A stretch of DNA of 64,000 bases from Octopus bimaculoides (Eukaryota): assembly GCF_001194135.2 (NCBI RefSeq), contig NC_068982.1, forward strand, positions 57,842,514 through 57,906,513. Direction: 5' to 3'. Made by a program: the position numbers and the translations under genes. How positions within the stretch are numbered: position 1 is the first letter of the stretch; every line of letters starts with the position of its first letter. Below the pieces are notes generated by a model. It saw only the letters and a list, made by a program, of their open reading frames with translations, was not told the DNA's origin and did no database searches. Shown in pieces: positions 50,441 through 63,339 of the stretch.

Positions 50441-50958
50441 GTGCAAGAGAGAAGACTGCACTGGTTTGGTCATGTGATGTCTATGGATGAGTACAGCTAC
50501 GTAAAGAAGTGCTGAGCTCTAAATGTGGAGGGTACTTGTGGAAGGGGTAGACCTCCAGGAAGATACGAGATGAAGTGGTGAGAAAGGATCTTCAGATGCA
50601 GGGCCTCACTGAAGAAATGACAAGGGACCAAGGGATGGGGCAATTTGCTGTACTTGATAAGAATGTCAAGTTAAGTAAAATCGCTGTCATCCACACATAC
50701 AGGCTTGTCCTTTCAGGTGCCAGGGTCACTTAACAAGCACTCGTGCTGGTGCTGCATTAACACACCTGTGCCGGTGCTGGTGGCACGTAAGATGCATCCA
50801 GCACACTCTGTTAAGTGGTTGGCATTAGGAAAGGCATCCAGCCATAGAAACCATACTACAACAGACAACTGGAGTTTGGACAGCTCCCAGCTGGCCAGTT
50901 CCATGTCAAACTGTTCAACCTATCACAGCATAGAAAGCTGATGTTAAACGATGATAAT
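50441..50958 (+). mobile_element. RTE LINE 3' end: ORF2 tail plus 3' UTR containing a V-like domain
   Basis: [15 protein letters not shown]...GRGRP / RKIRDEVVRKDL..MTRD, then TGCTGGTG.CACGTAA motifs, GGAAAGGCATCCAGCCATAGAAACC (~50828) and a GAT tail. Confidence 0.85.
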
Positions 50959-51699
50959 TACTTATACACCCCACCATGTAACTTGAGGGTACAGCCCAAC
51001 ACAACTCTTTCTGCCTCTGCTATCTCTCTTTTTCCAGTTGAGGTAGCCAAGGATCTCCTCTACTGCAACACACCTGCTGCCTTGTCTCTGTCTCACTGTC
51101 CTTTTATACCACAGACTGTCTTTCTGGAATTCTTGCTCAACATTCATCCTCCACTTTCTCCAACACCTAAATGGTTCTTTCAAGTTTCTCTTTTATCTCA
51201 TTCCATTTGCTGTAATTACCCACTGCTCCTCCACTGTTTTCATCCCACAGCATCTCTGCAACTGTCTTGCACCTTTACAACCCCACCACATTGCTCTTAA
51301 TCTCTGCAATATGCCTCTCTCCTCAGCCACTTTGGCTCTTTAGATGTTCTTCAACCCTACGTCTTTTTGTCACTCATACCTTCTTTTTTACCACACCTTC
51401 TACCCACATTCTTCACCCTAATAACAGGAGAGCATGGACCCCCTAAACAAGCCACTCCATTAACCTTTCTTCTCCCTCTCTCTCTCTCTCTCTCTTTTGT
51501 TATCTCCTGACACAACTCTTTCCCTTTCTCTTTACCACCTTGCTTTCATTATGCCCTTCCCAACAGAGTCTATTCTACTATTCTTTTTGCTACCACTTTT
51601 TCACAACAACAAATCGCTTCCTCCTCATCACTTCACTTAAAGTGCTCTCTTTCTCTCCAGCTTTATTTTCCTTTCTGTCATGATGGTTGTTCAGATTTG

Positions 51700-51905
51700 C
51701 CAATAATAAGGTGACCTCACTAGTGCTGGTGCAATGAAAATAACACTTTGTACATTCTATAACATAGTTAACATAAGTGGGGTATACAGCTGTAAAAACT
51801 ATGCTCAAACTAACACATTGGAGCACAACACAGCCTTTGGACTGTCTAATCATTCAGTCATGCCATCATGGAAGGCAGGTGTAAAATAATAATGATGATA
51901 ATGAT
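51700..51905 (+). mobile_element. Highly diverged RTE-associated V-like 3' UTR
   Basis: GTGACCTCACTAGTGCTGGTGC...ACAGCTGTAAAAAC...CATGCCATCATGGAAG. Confidence 0.5.
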
Positions 51906-52307
51906 GAAGATCAATAATTATATATGCATACTTTTTTTTGCACTAACCAGCAGTTGATAAGGTGGTCAATATAAGAGTATGCCTCAGTAAATTCTGGCTG
52001 TTTTAGAATTTGTGGCAAAGCTAGCATCTATAAATATAAGTAACATTCTTTTTCTAATACCTCTGTCATCTGCTGATGAAGGCAAGGTATGTATATATAA
52101 TTTTATATACATATTCCCACTAATAATGAGTCCAAGCCCATTAAAATGATATATAGAATATCTTATGATAATTTTAATATATGTACTTAGATGTATTTTC
52201 CATGTGTCACTCTGCTTCAGCTACACATACAGTCACACACAAAATATATATACACATATACAAATATATATATACACACACACACACACTCATATATGCC
52301 TACATGC

Positions 52308-52343
<36 letters not shown>

Positions 52344-52603
52344 GCAAGTTGATGAGTACCACATATCCCCCTCCATTTCCTTATTGCTATATANNNNNNN
52401 NNNNNNNNNNNNNNNNNNNNNNNNNNNNNNNNNNNNNNNNNNNNNNNNNNNNNNNNNNNNNNNNNNNNNNNNNNNNNNNNNNNNNNNNNNNNNNNNNNNN
52501 NNNNNNNNNNNNNNNNNNNNNNNNNNNNNNNNNNNNNNNNNNNNNNNNNNNNNNNNNNNNNNNNNNNNNNNNNNNNNNNNNNNNNNNNNNNNNNNNNNNN
52601 NNN

Positions 52604-52650
<47 letters not shown>

Positions 52651-52861
52651 CACACACACACACATATTTTGACATCTGACATATGGCATACTTTTGCACC
52701 TATACAGGCAATGTCAATTTGACGGAGGGAGTGAGCTAATGTACAACATGTACATTTGACTACTATCAACAAATCACTTGTGCAGATCTTTCAACAAAAA
52801 CTGAACACCCACATGGTGCTTTCATCATATATACATGCATGTATGTATGTATGTATGTATG

Positions 52862-52900
<39 letters not shown>

Positions 52901-52904
52901 TACC

Positions 52905-53305
52905 TTTTTACTTGTTTCAGTCATTTGATTGCGGCCATGCTGGAGCACCACTTTTAGACAAACAAATTGACCCACGACTTAGTCTTTATAAGCCTAGTAC
53001 TTATACTATCAGTTTTTTTTTGCTGAACCGCTAAGTTACGGGGACATAAACACACCAACATCGGTTGTCAAGTGATGATGGGGGGACAAACACAGACACA
53101 AACACACGTATATGTATATATATATGTATATATATATATATATATATGTATATGATGGGCTTCTTTCAGTTTCCATCTACCAACTCCACTTACAAGGTTT
53201 GGTTGGCCTGAGGCTATAGTAGAAAACACTTGTCTAAAGTGCCATGCAGTGGGACTGAACCCTGAGTAGTTAGGAAGAAAGCTTCTTACTACACAGCCAT
53301 GCCTA
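52905..53305 (-). mobile_element. SINE family A, full length
   Basis: Reverse-complement 3' module, (TA) tract, reverse-complement head. Confidence 0.88.
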
Positions 53306-53322
53306 TATATATGTATATATAT

Positions 53323-53656
53323 AGCATGGCTCAGTGGTTAGATCGTTGGGCTCACAATCATGAGGTAGTGAGCTCGATTCCTGGACTGGGCTCTGTGTTG
53401 TGTGCTTGAGCAAGACACTTCATTTCACGTTGCTCCAGTTCATTCAGCTGTAGAAATGAGCTGCAATGTCACTGGTTCTAAGCTGTATCGGCCTTTGCCT
53501 TTCCCTTGGATAACACCGGTGGCATAAAGAGGGGAGGCTGGTAAGCATGGGTGACTGCTGGTCTTCCATAAAACAGCTTTGCCCGGACCTGTGCCTCAGA
53601 GGGGAACTTTCTAGGTGTAATCCCATGGTCATTCATGACCGAAGGAGGTCTTTACT

Positions 53657-53660
<4 letters not shown>
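53323..53660 (+). mobile_element. CORE-type SINE, tail type 2
   Basis: TGGCTCAGTGGTTAG, GCTCGATTCC, CORE-like GTGCTTGAGCAAGACACTT..CTCCAGTTCATTCAGCTGTAGAAATG, distinct tail. Confidence 0.88.
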
Positions 53661-53709
<49 letters not shown>

Positions 53710-53734
53710 TACATACATACATATTATCATGATC

Positions 53735-54115
53735 ATCACTTAATATCTATTTTCCATGCTGGTATGGGTTGGATGACTTGACAGGAGCTGGCAAAGCCAG
53801 GGGTTGCACTAGGTTCCATAGTCTGTTCAGGCATGGTTTCTATAGTTGGATGCTCTTCCTAACACCAACTACTTTATAGAGTATACTGGATACTCTTTAC
53901 GTGACACCATCACCAGTGATTTTGACGTGGCACCAGCATCCACACCAATGCTTTTTATGCTCTAGGATCTCAATTCCATTGTGGTGGGCAGGTCTTCTTG
54001 AGTACAGCAATGCACCACATATCTTGGTCCTCTGTTATCTCCTTTGTACAGCTCAGCTTTTGAGATCAGCCTTCAATAATTTGTCGCATGTTTCCTGGTT
54101 CTCCTTCTTCCATGT
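53735..54115 (-). mobile_element. RTE LINE 3' end: ORF2 tail plus V-like 3' UTR
   Basis: Minus strand resembles RPRKTWD..KADL..TEDQDMWCIAVLKKT, then TGCTGGTGCCACGT motifs and the V-like block (53835-69). Confidence 0.75.
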
Positions 54116-54127
54116 ACATATATATAC

Positions 54128-54432
54128 ATTAAAGAATCCCTTCAGCCAAGAATGATGATGGGATTGCACCTAGAAAGTTTCCCTCTGAGGCAGAAGTCTG
54201 GGCAAGTTTATTTGTGGAAGAACAGCAGTTGCCCATGCATATCAGTCTCCCCTCTCCACGCCATCGATGTTATCCAAAGGAAAGGCAAAGGTTGATTCAG
54301 CTTGGCACTAGTGACATTGCAGCTCATTTCTACAGCTGAGTGAACTGGAGCAGCATGAAATAAAGTGTCTCGGAATCGAACTCATCACCACATGATTGTA
54401 AGCCTCATGCTCTAATCACTGAGCCATGTGCC
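54128..54432 (-). mobile_element. CORE-type SINE, tail type 2
   Basis: Reverse-complement colinear with 53323-53660. Confidence 0.85.
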
Positions 54433-54467
54433 TTTACATATTCATACATATATACATATTTATACAC

Positions 54468-54521
<54 letters not shown>

Positions 54522-54608
54522 ATACATTCATATATATATACATACATATATATACNNNNNNNNNNCATACATATATATACATACATATACATACATACAT
54601 ATACATAC

Positions 54609-54649
<41 letters not shown>

Positions 54650-55249
54650 CATACATATGCATAGAAACATATATATACATACACACCGTGTGTGTACATA
54701 TATATGTATAAGATATTCATTTCCATTGCCACACACCTTTGAATTGAAAATAATTGAGACCCGCATTCCAATTCACTGTACACCATTATTCTCAACACCT
54801 TTCACAGACATACACACCTCATATGTCAGTTACCAGCTTATAACATCTTACATCTGTTTTTCATCACCATCTTGTACACAGGAAGAATATATTCTAGAAA
54901 ATAATTCAGAGCACAGCACATTCACAAAAGTCTGTAACAGAAAAACAGGAATTATGTTTACTGTTCATTAGTTCATTTGACGATGAGATGTAGTACCCAC
55001 AGCCTTCTTTCCCAGCTCTCCTAGAATGGGAAGGAGAGATAACTGGGTGACATGAATTCAATTTGAATGGATGCAAAAGAAAAATAACTTTAGAAGGGAA
55101 GCCATTCTTTGATACTTTAGAAGGGAAGTCATTTTTTGATGCAGATTCGCCTCAGATCAGCCCCATACTAGTAGGCCTCTGTAGTAATTAAGGGCATTCC
55201 AGCTGTGATCACTACATTTTGTATATTTAGTGTGTCATTGTCATCATCA

Positions 55250-55445
55250 TCATCCCTTAACATCTGTTTTCCATGCTGACTAGGGTTGGACAATTTGACA
55301 AGAGCTGGTAGCTGGAGAGCAGCACCAGGTCCCAGTCTGATTTGGCTTGGCTTCTATGGTTGGATACTCTTCCTAATGCCAATCACTTTACAGTATATAC
55401 TGTTTTTTTTTAAATGTGACACTGGCATGAGCACTTTTATGCGGC
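55250..55445 (-). mobile_element. RTE-associated V-like 3' UTR fragment
   Basis: TTCTATGGTTGGATACTCTTCCTAATGCCAATCAC behind a (CAT)n tail. Confidence 0.7.
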
Positions 55446-55699
55446 CCCAGTATGATTGCTTTTTATGTATCTAGAACTATACTGTCCAATGTACTTTTCC
55501 TTTTTCTTAAATGGCATTCATGACATTATACTTGAGGCTTAACATTTAGGGCTATATTACCCAATGTGGTGTTCCTTTTACTCAAACAGTAGGTTGTGAT
55601 ATGATGTAGATTTGACTGCTATTTCTAGTCAGATGAATTGCTATGTAGGGAAGCCCATCTTCAATACTGATGTAACAGTTAAGTGTAGCAGTATAATAG

Positions 55700-55935
55700 T
55701 TGTGGAGGCATGTGGCTTTGTGGTCAGGGTGTTGCACTCATGATTGTGATTTCAAATCCAGGATCAAACAACGCATTAAGTTTGTGAGCAAAACACATAA
55801 TTTCACATTACTCCAGTCCACCCAGCTGGCAAAAATGAGTATCCCTGTGACAGACAGGTGTCCCATCCAGGGAGGAATATACATACCACAAAAAACTGGT
55901 AAACTTGACTCAGAAAGGAGTCACATCATCTCTTT
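55700..55935 (+). mobile_element. CORE-type SINE, third tail type
   Basis: Head, ACTCCAGTCCACCCAGCTGGCAAAAATGAG, then GACAGGTGTCCCATCCAGGG. Confidence 0.6.
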
Positions 55936-57192
55936 GTAATAGTTGTGGTTGTTATTCCAGTCTGCTAATCTAATTCTTTTTGAGGAGGCAGGGGTGGATG
56001 GGTGTCAAAGTATGTCTAGGACTTTATTGACCATATATACACACACACTTTACTTCACACAAGGACACATATAGAGACACATCCACACATATAGAGATGC
56101 ACATCCATACATACAAACACGGTACATAGTTGCAAAACACACACACACACACTCAGACATGCACACACAAGGAGGCAGAGGTACACACACAAATATACAA
56201 ACATGCACATACATACATAAAAACACACAAACACGGACATACAAACACATGAATATGTAGAATACATACATACAAATATACACACATACATATATACATA
56301 TGCACACACACACACACACATATATGCATACACACACATGCATACATACATACATGCATGTGTAGGCACACACACACAACTAACCCACGCACATGTGCAC
56401 AAACAAACAAAAAGGAACACAGTGTGAATAACGGACAGAGTCAAAACTATTGAAAAGGTTACAAGACGCAACAAAAATTTTAGAAAAATATAAAAGAAAT
56501 AAGTGGAAATTTTACTGGTGAGTGTGTTAAATTATAAGACACTAAAAGAGAATGACTCTCCCCAGACACAACAGTATATATNNNNNNNNNNNNNNNNNNN
56601 NNNNNNNNNNNNNNNNNNNNNNNNNNNNNNNNNNNNNNNNNNNNNNNNNNNNNNNNNNNNNNNNNNNNNNNNNNNNNNNNNNNNNNNNNNNNNNNNNNNN
56701 NNNNNNNNNNNNNNNNNNNNNNNNNNNNNNNNNNNNNNNNNNNNNNNNNNNNNNNNNNNNNNNNNNNNNNNNNNNNNNNNNNNNNNNNNNNNNNNNNNNN
56801 NNNNNNNNNNNNNNNNNNNNNNNNNNNNNNNNNNNNNNNNNNNNNNNNNNNNNNNNNNNNNNNNNNNNNNNNNNNNNNNNNNNNNNNNNNNNNNNNNNNN
56901 NNNNNNNNNNNNNNNNNNNNNNNNNNNNNNNNNNNNNNNNNNNNNNNNNNNNNNNNNNNNNNNNNNNNNNNNNNNNNNNNNNNNNNNNNNNNNNNNNNNN
57001 NNNNNNNNNNNNNNNNNNNNNNNNNNNNNNNNNNNNNNNNNNNNNNNNNNNNNNNNNNNNNNNNNNNNNNNNNNNNNNNNNNNNNNNNNNNNNNNNNNNN
57101 NNNNNNNNNNNNNNNNNNNNNNNNNNNNNNNNNNNNNNNNNNNNNNNNNNNNNNNNNNNNNNNNNNNNNNNNNNNNNNNNNNNNNNNNNNNN

Positions 57193-57792
57193 GTAAGTAG
57201 CTTGCTTACCAACCACATGGTTCTGGGTTCAGTCCCACTGCGTGGCACCTTGGGCAAGTGTCTTCTACTATAGCCTCAGGCCGACCAAAGTCTTGTGAGT
57301 GGATTTAGTAGACGGAAACTGAAAGAAGCCTGTCGTATATATGCATATATACGGCGAGCTGGCAGAAACGTTAGTACGCCGGGCGAAATCCTTAGCGGTA
57401 TGAGTTCTGAGTTCAAATTCTGCAGAGGTAGACTTTGCCTTTCATCCTTTTGGGGTCGATTAAATAAGTACCAGTTACGCACTGGGGTCGATGTAATCGA
57501 CTTAATCCGTTTGTCTGTCCTTGTTTGTCCCTTCTGTGTGTAGCCCCTTGTGGGTAGTAAAGAAATAGTATATATGCATATATATATGTGTGTGTATATG
57601 TTTGTGTGTCAGTGTTTGTCCCCCCAACATCACTTGACAACTGATGTTGGTGTGTTTACGGCCCTGTAACTTAGAGGTTTGGCAAAAGAGACCTATAGAA
57701 TACATGCTAGGCTTACAAAGAATAAGTCCTGGGGTCGATTTGCAGTGCACCAGCATGGCCGCAGTCAAATGACTGAAACAAGTAAAAGAATA
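57193..57792 (+). mobile_element. SINE A with a SINE B' copy (57350-57570) nested at its microsatellite
   Basis: A head to ~57340, then GGCGAGCTGGCAGAAACG..GAGTTCAAATTC..GCCTTTCATCCTTTTGGGGTCGATTAAATAAGTACCAG, then A 3' module 57600-57792. Confidence 0.88.
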
Positions 57793-58254
57793 CAGTTGAA
57801 GAAAAAAACTGAAGAAATTGGAGTCAAGAAGGAGTATGGTTGGCAATTTCCTTATTAATCACTACAATTGTTTTGACACAATGCGGTTCTCTAAGAATAC
57901 TGGTATTTGATTATGCAACTGTTTCTTTGTATAATGAGATCCAGTTGTATTTCCTCAGGTGATATACAAATGTCTCTGTTAATTTAATGTGCCGTTGTGG
58001 CATGCACCATGTGTATCCAAGCAGCTAATAAATTCAAACCTCAACAAACAAAGACGATGGCCTTGAAGTCAAAGATTTTAAACTAACAGAGACACACTCT
58101 ATTTGAAAAATGAACGAAAGTGCAAACAATAATGAATAAATGAAAAAATCTTTTTCCAAAATTGCGGTGACCTTTTTTTTCTCTCTATCTCTCAACTTAT
58201 ATGTATATACACACACACATATATATATATATATATATGCATGTATGTATATAT

Positions 58255-58465
58255 TTGTGTGTGTGTGTCATTGTCCTGCCAATGCTTGACAACCAATGCT
58301 GGTGTGTTTATGTCCCCATAACTTAGGAGTTCATCAAAAGCGACCGACAGAATAAGTACTAGGCTTACAAAAAGTAAGTCCTAGGGTCGATTTGTTTGAC
58401 TAAAACTCCTTCAATGTGGTGCTCCAGCATGGCCACAGTCAAATGACTGAAACAAATAAAAGAAT
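58255..58465 (+). mobile_element. SINE family A 3' module
   Basis: ATGCTTGACAACCAATGCTGG...GAATAAGTACTAGGCTTAC. Confidence 0.85.
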
Positions 58466-58987
58466 AGTATTTTTGTATCATTCACATATTATGTCATCCC
58501 CTTACTGCTTTTCATCATGTGAAATAGTTCACCTCTTCTCTTCTTCTTTATTTAGGTAAAGAAATAGATGCAAACACTTCTGTCTATCTAGAATAGATAG
58601 AAAGATAGAGAGAAAGGGAGTGAGAGAAATAGAATGATGGAAAGATAATTTTAGCCACCATATAACATGCATCCTTGGCAGGCTGACAATAGTTATAGAC
58701 GCATCAGATGTAACAACATGTGTACAAGTAAGGGTGTTAGCAGACATGGAGAGAAGACCAAAGACTGTTCGGATTGCTCACTGGAATTAATTGACAAACT
58801 CTGTTACTTTGGGAAATAGAGTTTGTGTCATTATATAACGGCCATGGAAAGATTTTGGGGAAGTTATACCTCAGGTGATGATGGAATTCTCATGCAAAAT
58901 ATATACTCTGTAAGGTGTATGTGTGTGTGCATATAAATAATACATGTATGCATACATGAATGAGTGTGTGTGTGTGTGTGTGTGTAT

Positions 58988-59498
58988 TACTCTTTTACTC
59001 TTTTATTTGTTTCAGTCATTTGACTGTGGCCATGCTGGAGCACCGCCTTTAGTCGAGCAAATTGACTCCAGGACTTATTCTTTGGAAGCCTAGTACTTAT
59101 TCTATCAGTCTCTTTTGCCGAACCGCTAAGTTACGGGGGACGTAAACACGCCAGCATNNNNNNNNNNNNNNNNNNNNNNNNNNNNNNNNNNNNNNNNNNN
59201 NNNNNNNNNNNNNNNNNNNNNNNNNNNNNNNNNNNNNNNNNNNNNNNNNNNNNNNNNNNNNGGGGGGGGGGGGAGACAAACACAGACACACAAACATATA
59301 CACACATACCTATATATATATATATATACATATACGACGAGCTTCTTTCAGTTTCCGTCTACCAAATTCACTCACAAGGCTTTGGTCGGCCCAAGGCTAT
59401 AGTAGAAGACACTTGCCCAAGGTGCCATGCAGTGGGACTGAATCCGGAACCATGTGGTTGGTAAGCAAGCTACTTACCACACAGCCACTTCTATGCCT
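58988..59498 (-). mobile_element. SINE family A, full length, with an internal N gap
   Basis: Near-consensus reverse-complement modules. Confidence 0.9.
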
Positions 59499-59499
59499 A

Positions 59500-60000
59500 T
59501 TGTTTATCTTTTGTTTGTTTCAGTCATTAGACTGTGGTCATGCTGGGGCACCACTTTGAAAAACTTTTAGTTGAATGAATCAATCTCAGTGCTTATTTTT
59601 TTAAAGCCTGGTACTTATTCTATTGGTCTCTTTTGGCTGAACTATTAAGTTAGGGGGCTGTAAATAAACCAACACTGATTGTCAAGCAGTGGTGGGGAAC
59701 AAACACATGCACATAGGAATGATGAGAATGAGTGCTCAACACTGCATTGGGGGATAGAACTTCTTTATTTGTGTATTAAGGCTACCATTGGTTTTATGCT
59801 AAGAAAAAAATGTCTTAATATCTTAACAATTATTCAAGACATTTACATGGAGGAATGGTGTTCATCTCCATATATATATATGTACGATGGTCATCTTTCA
59901 GTATCTGTCTACCAAATCTACTCACAAAGCTTTGGTTAGCCCGAGGCTATAGAAGACACTTGCCCAAGGTGCCATGCTGTGGAACTGCACCTGGAGTCAT
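59500..60000 (-). mobile_element. SINE A 3' module (59500-59710) and head half (59880-60000)
   Basis: TTTCAGTCATTAGACTGTGGTCATGCTGG; GAAGACACTTGCCCAAGGTGCCATG. Confidence 0.75.
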
Positions 60001-60004
60001 GTGA

Positions 60005-60110
60005 CAACTTGCAGTTGCTCTGGGATGCATCGTCAGTGATGTTTCTTGGGTCTCAGGTGGTTTGGGGTCTTTCAACACCAGACCTCCTTGCACAGTTGGC
60101 CCTGCTGGAG
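60005..60110 (-). mobile_element. Possible LINE 3' UTR remnant (Hero-like)
   Basis: Minus strand GGTGTTGAAAGACCCCAAACCACCTGAGACCCAAGAAACATCACTGACGATG resembles Hero-clade 3' UTRs as recalled; unverified. Confidence 0.3.
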
Positions 60111-60472
60111 TTGCTCAAGTCTTAGCTTGCAGCCTAATATTAGCAAACTGCTAGACTACCTACTTTATCCAAATTCACCCATATATATGTATATGTATGT
60201 ATGTATGTGCACGAGTATGTGTGTGTGTATTTTTGTGCTTATCCTTGTGATTATAGGACAGTTGCAAATGAAGATTATTATTATACAAGCAGTGTTGTTC
60301 GTTTTTAGTCTTCCATGAAAAACAAGGAAGTAGATTAGGTGAGTGACAGGAAGGACATCTGGGTGGAGAAAATCTGCTTCAACAAATTCCATCTGACCCA
60401 TACAAACAGAAAAAAGGGGGACATTAAATGAAATGTGTGAGTGGATTTGGTATGTATATATATATATATATA

Positions 60473-60704
60473 TATAAAAGATAATAAGAGTGAAAAAACT
60501 ACAGAAGGCTTGTGTTACATGGTTAAAGTATATATTTAAATTATGTCAGAAAAATGTTAGAAAATGTTATAAAAACTTTTTGGTATATAAACATTATACA
60601 ATGTTTATAACATTTTCTAACATTTTTCTGACATAATTTAAATATATACTTTAACCATGTAACACAAGCCTTCTGTAGCTTTTTCACTCTTATTATCTTT
60701 TATA
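60473..60704. repeat. Foldback element: 101-bp inverted arms with a 30-bp spacer
   Basis: 60473-60573 is the reverse complement of 60604-60704 with one mismatch; outermost bases are TA on both sides. Confidence 0.92.
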
Positions 60705-60944
60705 CATCCAACCACATGCTTTCACATACCAACTTTCTCATCTATATATATATATATATATACCGGAGTAAGCACATGAAATGTGCAACAAGGTGGAAAA
60801 AAGAGTACTCAAATACCAGAGGTAGAGTAATATACTTTATTTAAAAGCAGCAGAAATATAACAAACATACATATAACAAACATACATATAACAAACATAC
60901 ATATAACATACATACATATATATATATATATATGTATGTATGTA

Positions 60945-61162
60945 TGTCTGTGTGTCTGTATTTCTCCCCCCCCCCACCATTGCTTGACAACAACCGATGC
61001 TGATGTGTTTAGGTCCCCGTAACTGAGCTGTTCAGCAAAAGAGGCCAGTGGAATAAGTACTAGGCTTACAAAGAATAAGTCCTGGGATTGATTTGTTTGA
61101 CTAAAGGCAGTGCTCCAGCATCGCCACAGTCAAATGACTGAAACAAATAAAAGAATAAAAGA
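60945..61162 (+). mobile_element. SINE family A 3' module
   Basis: CCACCATTGCTTGACAAC...GGAATAAGTACTAGGCTTACAAAGAATAAGTCC. Confidence 0.85.
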
Positions 61163-61164
61163 AT

Positions 61165-61690
61165 TGGTTTCAAATTTTGGCACGCAGCCAGCAATACATC
61201 AACCCCAGTGCTCAAGTGATACATATTTTACTGACCCCACAAGGATGAAAAGCAAAGTCAACCCTGACAGCATTTGAACTCACAATGCAAAGTCAGAAAA
61301 AATGCGCTCAGCACTTTTTTCCAGCAGAGTAACAATTCTGCCAGCTTGCTGCCTCTAATGGTTCAAACTTTGGAACAAGGCCAGCAGTTTCGGAGTTAGG
61401 GGTAAGTCAATTACTTTGGCTTATTTCATTGATTCTGAAAGGGTGATAGGTAAAGTCAACCCTGGTGAAATTCGAACTTCAGAATGGAAAGATGGATTAA
61501 ATGCTGCCAAGCATTGCATCAGTTTTGAGCTTGGGGATATGTCAATTACTTTGGTTTATTTTACTGACCGTGAAAGGGTGATAGGTAAAATCAATCCCAG
61601 CGAAATTTGAGCTTCAGAATGGAAAGGTGGATGAAATGCCACTAAGCATTGTGTCCAGCATGCTAACAATTCAGCCAACTAACTGCCTTC
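61165..61690 (-). mobile_element. SINE B copy (61165-61355) plus a tandemly duplicated deleted B variant (61357-61690)
   Basis: GTCAATTACTTTGG..GAAAGGGTGATAGGTAAA..CTTCAGAATGGAAAG occurs twice, about 134 bp apart. Confidence 0.75.
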
Positions 61691-62065
61691 TGGGAAACGA
61701 AGGCAGCATATTATAGAGAGAATCTCAAGCAACCAAAACAGAATCAACTGACTGGTAGATTGCAACTAGACTCTAAACCTACAAACAAGTTAAAAAACTG
61801 ACTGAAGATCTGGGAAAGATGATTGTTGTATTGGTATTTACTTGTAGTGTTCTTGATGATACATGCTAGGTGATAAAACTCCATAAATGGATGGCAGAAG
61901 GTCTGAAGTAGCTACTTATTTCGAGATGATGTGGGATAAAAGAAGTTAGATTAGACTTCAATGAGTTACATGGACAATCTAACCCACAGCAGCATGAATG
62001 CACAAATCTTAAAATAATTAGGTATACATGCATACACAGACACTGATTCATATATATATATACAT

Positions 62066-62098
<33 letters not shown>

Positions 62099-62950
62099 GA
62101 TAAATACACACACATATATGTGTGTATATATATACATATATATAAATACACACACACTCACATATATTTACATACATATATATGTGTGTGTGTGTGTGTG
62201 TGTGTATGGATGGATGGATGAATATCATATCAACACCTCAAAAACACTCTGCAAAAATTGTGTGTTTGTATGTATCTTGAACTGATACCTGACATACAGC
62301 AACATAAAAGCATGTGTGTGTGTGTGTGTGTATTATGTATGTAAACACACACATGTGCACACATATACATGCATATATAAGCACATGTAAATACATACAT
62401 ACACACTCATCACGAAGACATATTCAAACCTCTATGCAAATCTCATGCATGATGCATACACAGACTGAGACACATACACACACACATGTAGAGAGAAAGG
62501 TATTACAACACAGGAAAATATGCATCAAAACACACACACTACCATCAACATACATACACTTACACAAATTCATAAACTCTCAGACACGCACACATACACA
62601 ATGTCCTAAAATGATGATACATTAAGACAACCTTCATTATACATACAAATCTTCTCTCTCTTTCACAGATGTCTTCTACCATTTCCACACCAGGCGCTGT
62701 GTTCTCATGTTCTAATGTGCCAATTCCACTTCTGCAGTTTGTCACAAAATTACAAAACAATCTACTACAAAGGCAACCAGAAGTAGATAGCTGCACTTTG
62801 TCTAACAATGAGATAAGAGAGGCTTCCATCCATCACCAGATACAGGAATATACAAACACAAACATTAATTACAGAGTCGGAATGAGATCTAACTGTCTGT
62901 CAGTTTCTCTCTCTTTCCATGTATGTGTATATACATATATATATATATAT

Positions 62951-62999
<49 letters not shown>

Positions 63000-63278
63000 T
63001 ATATTTACACATATATATGGTTGCATGAGCTAAGGCTCTATATGTACTGGAATACATACATATACAAATGGAGATGTATATGCAAACATTGTCAGGTGTG
63101 TGTGTGTGTTTCTGTACACAAACATGTAAGTACACACACACTCACACACAGATATACATACATACAAATATTATAACAGGTATGCACAGGAATACACAAG
63201 TACACATACTGACCTGTAAACCCAATGATGTGTGCATGTGCTTACACACACATTCACATGTATGAGTGTATGCACGTA

Positions 63279-63339
<61 letters not shown>

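Noticed and set aside
52073-52118. CTGATGA followed by a 10-bp AT-rich hairpin
   Set aside because: No GAAA or cleavage triplet downstream
57918-57962. Minus-strand CTGAGGA...GAAAC-AGTT-GCA
   Set aside because: No stem I or stem II pairing, and the 16.1 U is missing
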